From: a virus
Length of the DNA stretch: 64,000 bases
IMG/VR virus record: IMGVR_UViG_3300026382_000009
Span: 45,195-109,194 of that record
Reading direction: 5' to 3' (one strand)
In this document: positions 40,240-50,153 of the stretch, in pieces
How positions within the stretch are numbered: the first letter of the stretch is position 1
How the letters are laid out: every line of letters begins with the position of its first letter
Made by a program: the position numbers and the translations under genes
Notes under the pieces: model-generated
Seen by the model: only the letters and a program-made list of their open reading frames with translations
What the model was told of the DNA's origin: nothing
Database searches by the model: none

Positions 40240-40602
40240 TTATTTGCACCAATAAATTTTTACAATATTAGGATATTCACTTAATATTGGAATTCTATGA
40301 CCCACTGTGTGAACTTTACAAACCTTTTTGTTTAACATTTCATTTTGTAAATCACTTGAATTAAACTTTCCAATAAACAATCTATCAACATTTTCAAAAA
40401 CACCTTCTTTTGTAAAAATAAGATATTTTGTATTTTCTCCTGTAACATTTGTAACAGATTTAATATGAATTATTCTATCTTGTCCATTCGTATAATGTAA
40501 AATTATAGATGTGATACTTATTAATGTGAAAAAAATTAAAATAATAATTAATTCTATATTACCTTTTCTCATGTTGTATCCTTTTGTTTGTATTTTAAAC
40601 AT
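40240..40602 (-). CDS. Membrane-anchored phage protein
   Basis: N-terminal TM helix, then KYLIFT..GVFEN.D...KFNSSD...G.RIP.LS.YPNI, a common phage motif. Confidence 0.6.
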   Translation of the reverse strand: MFKIQTKGYNMRKGNIELIIILIFFTLISITSIILHYTNGQDRIIHIKSVTNVTGENTKYLIFTKEGVFENVDRLFIGKFNSSDLQNEMLNKKVCKVHTVGHRIPILSEYPNIVKIYWCK

Positions 40603-40813
40603 ATTTCACTGAAAAAATCTTGTTATCATTTAAAAAGCTATTTCCTATTGAAATTACTTTTATAATTCCTTCATTTATAAATTCATTGTAATGATTTCCA
40701 AATATTTTTTCCAATATTGTTTGTAATACAGTAACTTTTTGTTTTAATTTATCTTCAGTAATAAATTTTATTTTATCATTACCATAAACTTTTTTTGCTA
40801 TAATTTTATAAGT

Positions 40814-41521
40814 TTATATAATATCACTTGTAATAACTTTCTTATCTTTTGGATAAATTACAACATAAACATAAGGAAATTTTGATCTTATAAAATAATT
40901 TACTAAAACTTTTTGATCATTCTTTAATTTTTTTATTAATTCAATTTTTAAATTTTTAATTTCTGAAAAATCCTCACAATCAGGAAGAAAATGTATGATT
41001 TTTTCAAGTTCTTTTGAATAATTTTCTAATTCTATAACATTATCAATAAGAAGGTTCAATGCCTTTAGTGATGTATTAATTGTTAATCTGTTTTTTATTG
41101 TTCTCTCAATAAAAGGGAGAGCCTTTTCAAGTTTTGTTAGTGTTGTTCCTATTAATTCAATTAAAATAGGAATTTGATTTGTCAACAACTCACTATTTTC
41201 AACAAATTTTGTTCTCAAATTTACAAGCAATTCTATATCAATATTTGGACTTGATTCAATTTTATCTATTTGTTTTTGAAGTTCTTTGTTTTCTTCTTCT
41301 AATTCTACATTTAATTTTTCAAGAATTTGTAAGTACTTTGTCAAATAATTTCTTTTTTCATATAAATAAGATAATGCTATTTCTAAATCTTTAAATTCAT
41401 TTTTTGGAAATACTTTATAAATAATTCTTTTTATTAATGGTCTGTGGACAATTTTGTCTAGATTGAGATTAATATCTTGTACAGTCTTTTCTATTTCTGT
41501 TGATAATTTGGTGAATTCCAT
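40814..41521 (-). CDS. Coiled-coil hypothetical protein, possibly a deletion-fusion
   Basis: SD and promoter upstream; composition changes abruptly after ELENYSKELEK. Confidence 0.5.
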   Translation of the reverse strand: MEFTKLSTEIEKTVQDINLNLDKIVHRPLIKRIIYKVFPKNEFKDLEIALSYLYEKRNYLTKYLQILEKLNVELEEENKELQKQIDKIESSPNIDIELLVNLRTKFVENSELLTNQIPILIELIGTTLTKLEKALPFIERTIKNRLTINTSLKALNLLIDNVIELENYSKELEKIIHFLPDCEDFSEIKNLKIELIKKLKNDQKVLVNYFIRSKFPYVYVVIYPKDKKVITSDII

Positions 41522-41745
41522 TTTAACTCCTTTTCATTTTTTTATAATTATAACACATTTTTAAAAAATGTTAACATTTTTGTGATTTTTTTGTATGTTT
41601 TTTGTTTTTACACACATACTTTATAAAATATTATTATTTATATAAATATAATTTATCTATGTAAATATTTGCATTTAAAATTCACACATGTAAAAAATAT
41701 TTTTATAGCAACTATAACAAAACATTTTTAAACATACATTTTGTT

Positions 41746-42193
41746 TTAAAAATTTGAATTTTCAAAAATATTTCCAATAATCTCAAAATTTTTTTTCTAA
41801 TTTATATATTGTTTTGTTTTTACTATCTACAACCATAAAACAACAATCATTTTGAATATATTTTACAAATCCAATTTCAGTTACTTCTTCACATGTATAC
41901 TTATTAAAGGATGTATTATTTAGACGTTTTATAATTCTTTTTACTATATCTCCTTCATAAATTTCTTTATTGTTTTTATCTTTTAAACCTGTATATTGTC
42001 CTATACTTTTTTTTCAACTTTAAATATATCTTTATTTTCTTCAAAACCTAATGCATTAACATATATCAAAACATTCATAGATACCTATATATCTTTGTTC
42101 TGTTATATAAAATTTATTATTTTCTTGAATTAAATTACCATATATCCATTTATCCAATATTTTTGAAAATCCTCTAAATTTTATTTTTCTCAC
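41746..42193 (-). pseudogene. YopX-family pseudogene with three frameshifts
   Basis: MRKIKFRG...W.YG, GQYTGLKDKNNKEIYEGDIV, FEIIGNIFEN, broken by frame changes at an ATATAT run and two A8 runs. Confidence 0.8.
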
Positions 42194-42263
42194 TATAATT
42201 CCTTTTATCATGTTTTTAATTAAACAATAATTTTATTTTTCAAAATAATATGAAGTTAACATT

Positions 42264-42539
42264 TTATTCAATTATTTTTCTTTCAAATCTGTTACATCCA
42301 AATTTTTCATCAGTAATAATAAAATCATAATTAACTGGATTATTACATAACAATCCTTTTTTAGTTTTTAAAAAATATTTACAACCCCTACATATTTTGC
42401 TTTCAAAATCATCATAAATTTTATCTATTAATTTATAAACAAAACAAGATTTTACAACTTCATCTTCATATTCATCAAAATCATTTTTAACAATTTCTTT
42501 GACACAATTAATATATTTTTTAGCTTCTTCTCTTGTCAT
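42264..42539 (-). CDS. Hypothetical Cys-containing protein
   Basis: LIDKIYDDFESKICRGCKYF...C...FGCNRFE. Confidence 0.6.
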   Translation of the reverse strand: MTREEAKKYINCVKEIVKNDFDEYEDEVVKSCFVYKLIDKIYDDFESKICRGCKYFLKTKKGLLCNNPVNYDFIITDEKFGCNRFERKIIE

Positions 42540-42610
42540 TTTATTCTCCTTAACAATTTATTGTTTTTGTGTTATAAGTTACAAATGATAATACTAATCC
42601 ATATATCGTT

Positions 42611-42922
42611 TTACTGCTCCAAAAAGAATTTAATTAAATCATCAAAATTTAAAGGTAATTCATCAATTTTTACTTTAATCTCTTTCTCTAAAAAGTGTGA
42701 CAATCTTAAACCTTGTTTTTTTATTTCATCTTCAATCTCATAATAAAAATCTTTATTACTAAATCTGTCTGATTCAACCCACAAATGAGTTAGAGAAACT
42801 GCTAAATATGCTTTTGCAATTATCTTTATTTTTCTTTTAGTTAATTTCATTTTCTTCCTTTTAAATTTGTTACAATCAAAGTTTTCACTAATTAATAAAT
42901 AATAATCACTGTTTGTTACCAT
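42611..42922 (-). CDS. Hypothetical protein
   Basis: ORF; true start is probably the internal ATG near 42850. Confidence 0.45.
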   Translation of the reverse strand: MVTNSDYYLLISENFDCNKFKRKKMKLTKRKIKIIAKAYLAVSLTHLWVESDRFSNKDFYYEIEDEIKKQGLRLSHFLEKEIKVKIDELPLNFDDLIKFFLEQ

Positions 42923-42964
42923 ATCACGCAGACTTTTACAACCATTTGTTCCTTTTAAATTTAT

Positions 42965-43189
42965 TTACACCTCCTCTATTTCTTCTTCTAAATATTTCAA
43001 AATATCCTCTTTTGTTTTAAAAACAAATTCTTCTGAAAACCAATCTGTATTTTCTACATAATATTTTATTTCAGAAGTTTCTGGTATATCAATATTGACT
43101 TTTATACAACATACTTTACTTTTAACAATTTTATTTTTATGAACCACATAACAATCATCACCTATATTTAGTTTTGTTTTTATTATCAT
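42965..43189 (-). CDS. Hypothetical protein (SH3/KOW-like)
   Basis: TKLNIGDDCY...VFKTKED motif common in small phage ORFs. Confidence 0.5.
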   Translation of the reverse strand: MIIKTKLNIGDDCYVVHKNKIVKSKVCCIKVNIDIPETSEIKYYVENTDWFSEEFVFKTKEDILKYLEEEIEEV

Positions 43190-43190
43190 T

Positions 43191-43838
43191 TCATTCTCCT
43201 TCTAAATCAAATCTACCTGAATTAAGAATGTCACAAATTTTCTGAGCATCTTCTCTTGTTCTAAAATATACTTTGTCGGGATTATAAAGCCATTGAAATT
43301 CTACCACACCCCATTTTTCCACTTCATCTTCTTTAAAAAGTGAAATACCATAAGATAATTTTCCTAATTCAAATTCATACCCTCTACTATTTGGACATTC
43401 TTGATCCCTAAGTGCCAAAAGTCTTGTAAATCTTTTAATAGTTTTAAGAGCTTTTTCAGCTGTTTTTCTATCATTTCTAGTAAATCCATTTTTAATCGCA
43501 AAATCATATCCACACAAATTTATTTTATCACTTAAACTAACAAGATTATTATAATCTATTGGATTTAATAAATAATTACATTCTTTAAGTTTAATTTTAG
43601 GTGATTTAGGGATTTCAAATTTAATTTCATCCCAGAATAATGTTTGGTTTAAATATTTATTTGTTTTACCATCAAAGTTGTATGCTTTGTGATAACCAAG
43701 TGAAGGAAAATACACTACTATAGGATATTCTTCTGTATTAATATATTTTACAATCCCCCATCCGTATCGAAAATCCCATACTCTATCTCCAATTTTAATT
43801 CCATCAAAATACCTCATTTTTAATTCCTTATTTTTCAA
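43191..43838 (-). CDS. Hypothetical phage protein
   Basis: FDGIKIGDRVWDFRYGWGIV...TLFWDEIKFEIP; VYFRTREDAQK. Confidence 0.65.
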   Translation of the reverse strand: MKNKELKMRYFDGIKIGDRVWDFRYGWGIVKYINTEEYPIVVYFPSLGYHKAYNFDGKTNKYLNQTLFWDEIKFEIPKSPKIKLKECNYLLNPIDYNNLVSLSDKINLCGYDFAIKNGFTRNDRKTAEKALKTIKRFTRLLALRDQECPNSRGYEFELGKLSYGISLFKEDEVEKWGVVEFQWLYNPDKVYFRTREDAQKICDILNSGRFDLEGE

Positions 43839-44055
43839 TTATTTTTTCTGAAATTTTAAAATTGTCCTCATTCCAGAACAACACACAACCGACATATCTT
43901 AATAACTACATATTACAATAAAACTATTAAAAGTATGTTTGTTTCTATTTATCTTCATGTTTGTTACTAAATCTGCAATTTTTTCTCATATAATTATAAC
44001 ACATTTCCAAAAAACTTCAAAAGGTTTAAATAAAATTCAAAAACCAACTTTAAAT

Positions 44056-44250
44056 TTAATCATTTTTAACTTCTTCTAAAGTTTTATATAAGGCAATAGT
44101 AATATTTTTAGTTAAAACATCAAAAAACTTTTTGGTATCCTCTTTATTTTGTCGAGGAATATCTTTATGTTCAACAATAAATTTACCTAAATAATCCCCT
44201 GAATCAAAAAGTGGAAAAATTAAAAGATTTTCTTTTCTATTAACAATCAT
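44056..44250 (-). CDS. Hypothetical protein
   Basis: ORF with SD. Confidence 0.45.
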   Translation of the reverse strand: MIVNRKENLLIFPLFDSGDYLGKFIVEHKDIPRQNKEDTKKFFDVLTKNITIALYKTLEEVKND

Positions 44251-44251
44251 T

Positions 44252-44602
44252 TTAATTTTCCTTTAAATTTTTTAAATTATCTAAATCAAGTTCAACTGTA
44301 AAATTTTTATTGAAATTTTCTATAGCTTTTTTAACTTCTTCTATAAGTGTATTCAAAATATCAACAAAAATGTTGTATTCATAATCACGAAATGAATCTT
44401 CTATGATATCTTTATATACTGAATTATAATTTTTTAAAAAGATAGAAATATTATGACCTTTCTTTAAAAGTCTACTATTTTCAATCACAAATCCTTTTTC
44501 TTCTGCATATTTTTCAACTATTGATGAAAAATATTTTACTTCTTCATCATTAATAAAAACTTTATTGATTTTTCCTGAAATTACATTTACTTTAAGTTTC
44601 AT
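44252..44602 (-). CDS. Hypothetical protein
   Basis: AAAGGAG SD directly after dispersed element copy 2. Confidence 0.55.
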   Translation of the reverse strand: MKLKVNVISGKINKVFINDEEVKYFSSIVEKYAEEKGFVIENSRLLKKGHNISIFLKNYNSVYKDIIEDSFRDYEYNIFVDILNTLIEEVKKAIENFNKNFTVELDLDNLKNLKEN

Positions 44603-44615
44603 TCTTAACTCCTTT

Positions 44616-44730
44616 AAATTTACTTATCAGAGCCTCTCTGGAGGTCCCTGGTTAATTTTCTAATTATTCTAATATATTTTTTATAATTAAAATTTGAATA
44701 TTTACCAGAGAGGCTCCAATAAACAAATAC
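44616..44730. repeat. Dispersed inverted-repeat element, copy 2
   Basis: gagcctctctgg (44630-44641) ... ccagagaggctc (44705-44716). Confidence 0.9.
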
Positions 44731-44740
44731 TAACAATAAA

Positions 44741-44769
44741 ATTATAACATGTTTTTTTCAAAATGTAAA
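44741..44769 (-). promoter_or_regulatory. Sigma70-like early promoter
   Basis: TTTACA-N17-TATAAT with extended -10 (TGTTATAAT). Confidence 0.7.
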
Positions 44770-44775
44770 TTAAAA

Positions 44776-45138
44776 TCAAATTCCCATTTCTAATTTTTGC
44801 CATTCTATAAATAATTTGATATCCCATCTAAAACTTTCAATATTTTTTAAATGTTTTTCTAAATATTCAATGTCATTTTCAAGTTCTTTTAATTTATATT
44901 TTAACTCAATATATTCTTTATCTCTTTCAATAAAATCTTTTATTTCATTTTGTTTCAAAGAAATAGGAAAATCATTTTTATAGTAAAGATATCTTTCCAA
45001 CCATAAAGAATCAAGCTCTTTTGAAACTTTTATTAATTCATAACGCTTTTGTTTAATTTCTTTTAAAACTTTTTCATATTCACCAGCAATCTCTCTAAGT
45101 TTTTCTTTTATATTTGTATTATCAAATGTAAAATCCAT
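44776..45138 (-). CDS. uvsY: Recombination mediator UvsY-like
   Basis: Helical, with YLYYK, IEYLEKHLKNIESFRWDIKLFIEWQKLEMG; adjacent to UvsW. Confidence 0.75.
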   Translation of the reverse strand: MDFTFDNTNIKEKLREIAGEYEKVLKEIKQKRYELIKVSKELDSLWLERYLYYKNDFPISLKQNEIKDFIERDKEYIELKYKLKELENDIEYLEKHLKNIESFRWDIKLFIEWQKLEMGI

Positions 45139-45139
45139 T

Positions 45140-46732
45140 TTAATCTCCTATTTGAATTTCTTTTTCTATAATAGGATAAGAATTTTGTAAATACAAATTA
45201 ATTCTTTCATCTGCATGTTTTAGTATATAATTTTTCTTTTTTCTACAACTTGTAAAATCATCTACATAATCAAAAATTTTAACTTTTTCTTTTGACTCAT
45301 GTTGACGCATTCCTCTTCCAATACTTTGATTAAGAATTATAAAAGATTTAATACTAGAAACCAAATGTATATTATGAATTTTCTTTATATTAACTCCCGT
45401 TGATAATGTTCCAAATGTTGCAATTAATATACCACCATCTTTTAATTCAAACATTTTTCTTATTTCTTCTCTTTTTTCTCCTTTTACATCACCTCTAATA
45501 AAGAAAATGTTCAAATCATCTAAAACAATAATTTTATCATGTTTTACATCATTTTTTATAAGATTTCTTGATTGAATAATATAATATTTTGAATTGTCTT
45601 TTATAGATTTGATTTCTTTTTTATAAATTAAATCTTCATTAGGAACATCTAAATTTAATTTTAATTTAATAATTTCTTTTAACAAAGTTTCACCATGAGT
45701 AATTTTATTATAAAGAATTAAATTATTTTCTTTTTTGTTTAAAGAAAGTTTATTTACTATTTTAGCTATAAAAATGTTTCTTACATTCAAATCTTCTATA
45801 AATTTAACTTCTTGTTGATACGTTTTACATTTTTGCCAAAATTCTTTACAAATCTCCTTATTGTAATTTAAAAAGAACATGACAACTTCAACAGGTGTAG
45901 CATATCCTTGATTAATAAGTTCTTGAGGAGTAATAATTGTGATAGGTTTACCCAATGTTGAAAGAAGTGTAAATTTATCTACACTGTTCTGAGGGAGTGT
46001 TCCTGTTAAACCTATTTTATATTCAGCATTTACAGAAGCTTTAAGTATTTTATTAAGAGAATCAGATTTTGCAACATGAGATTCATCAATTATGACAAAA
46101 TTAGCTTTAGGTAATAAATGCATAGCATTTTTCAAACTTTGCCAAGTTGATATAACAACATCCTTTTTAAACTCTTTTTCTTTTCCTGAATAAATTTTAT
46201 GAATGTATTTATCTAAATCTTTCCAACCATATTCTTTAAAATCACTATACATTTGTTCTACAAGATTTATTGTTGGAACAACTAAAACACCTTTTAATCC
46301 TTTGGATAAAAGATATCTAATAATTACATACAAAACAAAACTTTTACCTGAATTATGATGAACTATGTTATTTTGAACATAACACTCTTCTTCAAAATCA
46401 ATATTGAAATCAATCCATTCTTGCTTTTTTAAATCTTCAATTGAAACAATTTTTTTTGTGTCAAACAAATTACCTTTTAGTATTTCATCTCCTATTTTTA
46501 AATTTGAAGAAGACTCCCAAATTGGTTTATTTTTATCTTTTTTTAATAAAAAATGTGTAATAGAACATTTTATTGATGAACCATCATCAAATGTAATTTT
46601 TTTACCATCTAAATCTTTTTTAATAAAATAATCATTTATTTTTTTAAATCCAAATGGTGTTTCAATTTTTACATTTTTTCCTTGTTTTATTAATTCAACA
46701 ATTTCACCAAAAGTTCTTTCTTCTATTTTCAT
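45140..46732 (-). CDS. uvsW: Split intein C-fragment (127 aa) fused to C-terminal part of UvsW helicase
   Basis: CSITHFL (block B), WIDFNI (block F), IVHHN|SGKS, then VPTINLVEQ, STWQSL, DESH, GLTGT, STGVNI, QSIGRGMR. Confidence 0.92.
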   Translation of the reverse strand: MKIEERTFGEIVELIKQGKNVKIETPFGFKKINDYFIKKDLDGKKITFDDGSSIKCSITHFLLKKDKNKPIWESSSNLKIGDEILKGNLFDTKKIVSIEDLKKQEWIDFNIDFEEECYVQNNIVHHNSGKSFVLYVIIRYLLSKGLKGVLVVPTINLVEQMYSDFKEYGWKDLDKYIHKIYSGKEKEFKKDVVISTWQSLKNAMHLLPKANFVIIDESHVAKSDSLNKILKASVNAEYKIGLTGTLPQNSVDKFTLLSTLGKPITIITPQELINQGYATPVEVVMFFLNYNKEICKEFWQKCKTYQQEVKFIEDLNVRNIFIAKIVNKLSLNKKENNLILYNKITHGETLLKEIIKLKLNLDVPNEDLIYKKEIKSIKDNSKYYIIQSRNLIKNDVKHDKIIVLDDLNIFFIRGDVKGEKREEIRKMFELKDGGILIATFGTLSTGVNIKKIHNIHLVSSIKSFIILNQSIGRGMRQHESKEKVKIFDYVDDFTSCRKKKNYILKHADERINLYLQNSYPIIEKEIQIGD

Positions 46733-46800
46733 ATTAACTCCTATAAATTTTTATGTTAATCTTCAATTATAACTCTTATTTTTTCATTTTTATCTAGACA
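46352..46800 (-). mobile_element. Naturally split intein: IntN 46759-46800 (14 aa) and IntC 46352-46732 (127 aa)
   Basis: SATG|CLDKNEKIRVIIED*, then a 23-nt spacer with AGGAG, then MKIEERT...HHN|SGKS. Confidence 0.9.
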
Positions 46801-47244
46801 ACCTGTTGCAGAAATAAGAATACAATTTTTATTATTTATAGCTTCAACAATAGCTTTTATTTGATAATCTCTTGGTTTAAATGGTGGATTTAATGAGTTA
46901 ATGAATTCTTTAATTTCTTCTTCAGTTACTTTTTCATTATTTGAATCTATATTTTCGTATTCAAATTCTGGAAATTTATTTAAAATTAATTTTACTAATC
47001 CTCTTGGTATTATCATTCCAGATGGTGTTAAAGAATAAAATTTCTTCTTTCCATCCCATAAACCTGCTCTAAAAGCAGGTGTAAATCTATATCCATCAAC
47101 ATAAATTGAAAGCATATTCATGAGTTTTAACCGTAATTCCATTCCTTCTTCAGTATTAGGAATTTCTATTAAAGAATATGAATAATTTATATCTTTTATT
47201 TTCACATTAATCCTTTGATTTAGAATTTTAACCTTTATATCCAA
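46756..47244 (-). CDS. uvsW: UvsW helicase N-terminal part fused to a 14-aa split-intein N-fragment
   Basis: YRFTPAFRAGLWDGK, PRDYQIKAI, ILISATG, then CLDKNEKIRV (intein block A). Confidence 0.92.
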   Translation of the reverse strand: MDIKVKILNQRINVKIKDINYSYSLIEIPNTEEGMELRLKLMNMLSIYVDGYRFTPAFRAGLWDGKKKFYSLTPSGMIIPRGLVKLILNKFPEFEYENIDSNNEKVTEEEIKEFINSLNPPFKPRDYQIKAIVEAINNKNCILISATGCLDKNEKIRVIIED

Positions 47245-47449
47245 TTCTTTCTATTTCTTTTTCTATTTCTTCTAATAATTCATCATGATTTAATAAAAAT
47301 TCAATTGTATTTGAAAACATGTTATCAAATTTATCTAAAAGATAATCATCATCTTCTTCATAAGAATAAGCTTTTTTCCATAATTCTTTGAATGTATAAA
47401 AATCAATTCTATTGTAAATATAAAGTAAAATTTTTCTTGTTTTGCTCAT
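47228..47449 (-). CDS. Hypothetical protein
   Basis: AAGGAG SD with TGTTATAAT upstream. Confidence 0.55.
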   Translation of the reverse strand: MSKTRKILLYIYNRIDFYTFKELWKKAYSYEEDDDYLLDKFDNMFSNTIEFLLNHDELLEEIEKEIERIGYKG

Positions 47450-47533
47450 TTTAACTCCTTTTCATTTTATTTTTTATAATTATAACATATTTTTTCATAT
47501 TTTTGAATAGTAAATACAAGTTTTTAAAAAAAA

Positions 47534-48931
47534 TTATTTTATTCCTAAAATTGATTTCTCAATTTCAATACATTTTTCATACGAATCGGCTTCATCTTTA
47601 TCTTCTCTAATACATACAAAACTTGGATGTAAAAGAGCTTCTACTTTTCCATCTTTCCAAGATAATCCTCTACAATTAATTGTTGCAATTTTACCAATTA
47701 ACTTGTCTTTATGTTTAGTAATATAATTCATGTCTTCTTCTGTTAAACCTCCAGCTTTAACTTTTATTTTACCATCAGAACTTTCAGCTATAACTCTGTT
47801 AATAAAATTTTCATATTTTGTTCCTGGTGTGCCATATTCAAAACCAATAATTTTAAAATCAACATCAAAATTTATTTTAATTTTTATTTGATAATCAGGT
47901 TTTTTATTTATAAATTTCCCATATTTACTTTTAACAACAGTTCCTTCTCCACCTCTTTGAAAAATTTCTTTAAAATGTTCTATAACTTCTTCTTTTATTT
48001 TTACAGGTCTAGTAGAAATTTCTAAAATATTATCTGTTTGCCACAAACATTCTTTTAAATTTGAATATCTTTTGTAATAAGGAATTTCACAATATCCTTT
48101 GCTCCAATCTTTGAAAGGAATTATATCCCAAGCAACAATATAAATATCTTTTAAAAATTCAGATGGTTTTTTTCCATATTTTTCAATAAATGCTTTAATA
48201 TCTTTTTCTTTTAATTTTCCTTCTTTCTTTTTAGACAAAAGTGTTTTTATTGAATTAATTAATCCATTAGCTTTATATCTATCAAAATTTTTAACAAGAA
48301 TCTCACCAGTAATAACAAATTCATCATAAACAGGTGAAAAATAATTGTGTTTAAAAGCCCTTTCTAAATGTAAATCTTTTCCATTTCTCGCAAATGTTCT
48401 TAATTCTCCTGTTTCACAATTATAATAGAGGTTACAAAACATTCCATCAAGCTTTTCTTGTGACCAAACTTCACCTTCTTCAAGAAGTTTTTCAAGTTTT
48501 TTCATATTAAAAGGAATTGCTCCCATATATGAAGTAATTGGTATAAAATTTTCAAATACTTTGTTTATTAATTTAGCATTAATACCTATTTTAAAATCTT
48601 TTTGAAGAATTCCATCAAATACCCAAGCATCGTGTTCATCAAGCTTTTGATATAAATATTCAACTTCATTTCTTGCAGCATTTCCTGTAATTTTTCTTAA
48701 TCTTAAATTATCTAAAGTATCAAATATAATATGACTTGAATGCTCTAAAGTAATTTCACCTTTATTTGGAAGTTTATCATATTTTTTAACATAGTATTGA
48801 TAAAATGGATTATAAGCGTAAAATAAAACTTTTTTAAGAAGATCATTATCTTTATGTTGTTTAAGTATCTCTTGTTTTTTGTTAGTAGAAGAAGTTTCTT
48901 TTATTTGTTGTAGAATTTCATAAACTTTCAT
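47534..48931 (-). CDS. ATP-dependent DNA ligase (gp30-like)
   Basis: QEKLDG, FARNGK, ITGEIL, AWDII, EGTVVK, KIK, HPSFVCIREDK. Confidence 0.93.
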   Translation of the reverse strand: MKVYEILQQIKETSSTNKKQEILKQHKDNDLLKKVLFYAYNPFYQYYVKKYDKLPNKGEITLEHSSHIIFDTLDNLRLRKITGNAARNEVEYLYQKLDEHDAWVFDGILQKDFKIGINAKLINKVFENFIPITSYMGAIPFNMKKLEKLLEEGEVWSQEKLDGMFCNLYYNCETGELRTFARNGKDLHLERAFKHNYFSPVYDEFVITGEILVKNFDRYKANGLINSIKTLLSKKKEGKLKEKDIKAFIEKYGKKPSEFLKDIYIVAWDIIPFKDWSKGYCEIPYYKRYSNLKECLWQTDNILEISTRPVKIKEEVIEHFKEIFQRGGEGTVVKSKYGKFINKKPDYQIKIKINFDVDFKIIGFEYGTPGTKYENFINRVIAESSDGKIKVKAGGLTEEDMNYITKHKDKLIGKIATINCRGLSWKDGKVEALLHPSFVCIREDKDEADSYEKCIEIEKSILGIK

Positions 48932-49069
48932 TTTAACTCCTTTTATTAATTTACTTCTCAGAGTGCTTCTGAAAGGTAAATAGAGGTGAAAGCTAAAATT
49001 TTTCTTATCAAATAAATAAGGAAGCCTTTTTACCTTTATAAAATTATGGTGTGTTTTTGAAAAAGTAAA

Positions 49070-49654
49070 CTATTTTAAAAAATTTTTATAAATTTCTTCT
49101 AATGAAATAGGTGTAAAATTTATATTTTCAACTGAAACATTAAAATGAGGTATTTCACATTCTTGACAAGGATTTGCACTATGTGTATGACCATGAATTA
49201 ATAAATCAATATTACCAAGCTTTTTCTTAAATTCTCTAAGAGAAGTGTTTGTATCCAAATATTTTTCACACAATGGATAATGACAAATACCGATCTTCTT
49301 TTTATTAACATTCAAAATAAAATATGCGTTAGTGCTTTGAAACCCCACATCTTTGTACCATCCATTAGATTTATGGTCATGGTTTCCATAAATTAAAATC
49401 TTATTTCCATTCATATTATCTAAAATTCTTTTGGCTAAAAATTTTTCTGAAAGCACAAATTCATATTTTCTTTTATATTGACCAAATCCTACAAAAATAT
49501 CTCCAACAAAAAACACAGTGTCTTCTGGTTTAACAACACTATTATATCTTTTTATCATTTCTTCTATGTATGAATCTTGAAATTGCTTTCTTTTAGGTTC
49601 ATATTCAAATATGTTTTGATGAAAGAAATGATAATCACTTACAAACCAAATCAT
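49070..49654 (-). CDS. Calcineurin-like metallophosphoesterase
   Basis: SDYHF, VGD, GNHD, CHYP, HGHTH, NVSVE. Confidence 0.92.
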   Translation of the reverse strand: MIWFVSDYHFFHQNIFEYEPKRKQFQDSYIEEMIKRYNSVVKPEDTVFFVGDIFVGFGQYKRKYEFVLSEKFLAKRILDNMNGNKILIYGNHDHKSNGWYKDVGFQSTNAYFILNVNKKKIGICHYPLCEKYLDTNTSLREFKKKLGNIDLLIHGHTHSANPCQECEIPHFNVSVENINFTPISLEEIYKNFLK

Positions 49655-49914
49655 CTTTCTTCCATTGGTGTAATAAATAATCCCGTTAAAATATAGTTTA
49701 CAACGGCACCTATTATTTCACCAATTATCATATAAATAGGTGTCATAATTACACTGAAATGTGTAAAGCTAAACCATTCAATTCCTTGAACATCAAAAAT
49801 TTTAGCACATAACAAAATTAAAAAGACAGGCCCTGATAAATACACAATAAAAGATGATACAATTGCTAAAAGAAATGTATTTGCACTTAAAGTTCCTAGA
49901 ATATATTTTTTCAT
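49651..49914 (-). CDS. Small membrane protein
   Basis: Two hydrophobic helices. Confidence 0.6.
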   Translation of the reverse strand: MKKYILGTLSANTFLLAIVSSFIVYLSGPVFLILLCAKIFDVQGIEWFSFTHFSVIMTPIYMIIGEIIGAVVNYILTGLFITPMEER

Positions 49915-49922
49915 ATTTTCTC

Positions 49923-50153
49923 CTATAAATAATTTATATAAATATTTGGAATACTATCAAGTCTTTCAACTAATTTTACTGGAATATTATTTATTTTAGC
50001 TACTTTTTCACATGTGTTAAATTTTAATTCTGATTTCATCTTTTTAATCCAATTAATCACACTTAACGAGTAATCTCCATCTTTATTTTTAATTTTAACT
50101 AATTCACAATAAATCCCTTGTATTTCTTTAATCATTTCTGGATTTATTTTCAT
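49923..50153 (-). CDS. Hypothetical protein (start likely ATG 50153)
   Basis: ORF coupled to the dCMP deaminase stop. Confidence 0.45.
   Translation of the reverse strand: MKINPEMIKEIQGIYCELVKIKNKDGDYSLSVINWIKKMKSELKFNTCEKVAKINNIPVKLVERLDSIPNIYINYL

Noticed and set aside
46733-46758. Sequencing error as the cause of the UvsW split
   Set aside because: There is a stop codon, a frame change and a dedicated AGGAG SD with ATG, all placed just after intein block A where atypical split inteins break. A single error would not create all of these, though reads should still be checked.
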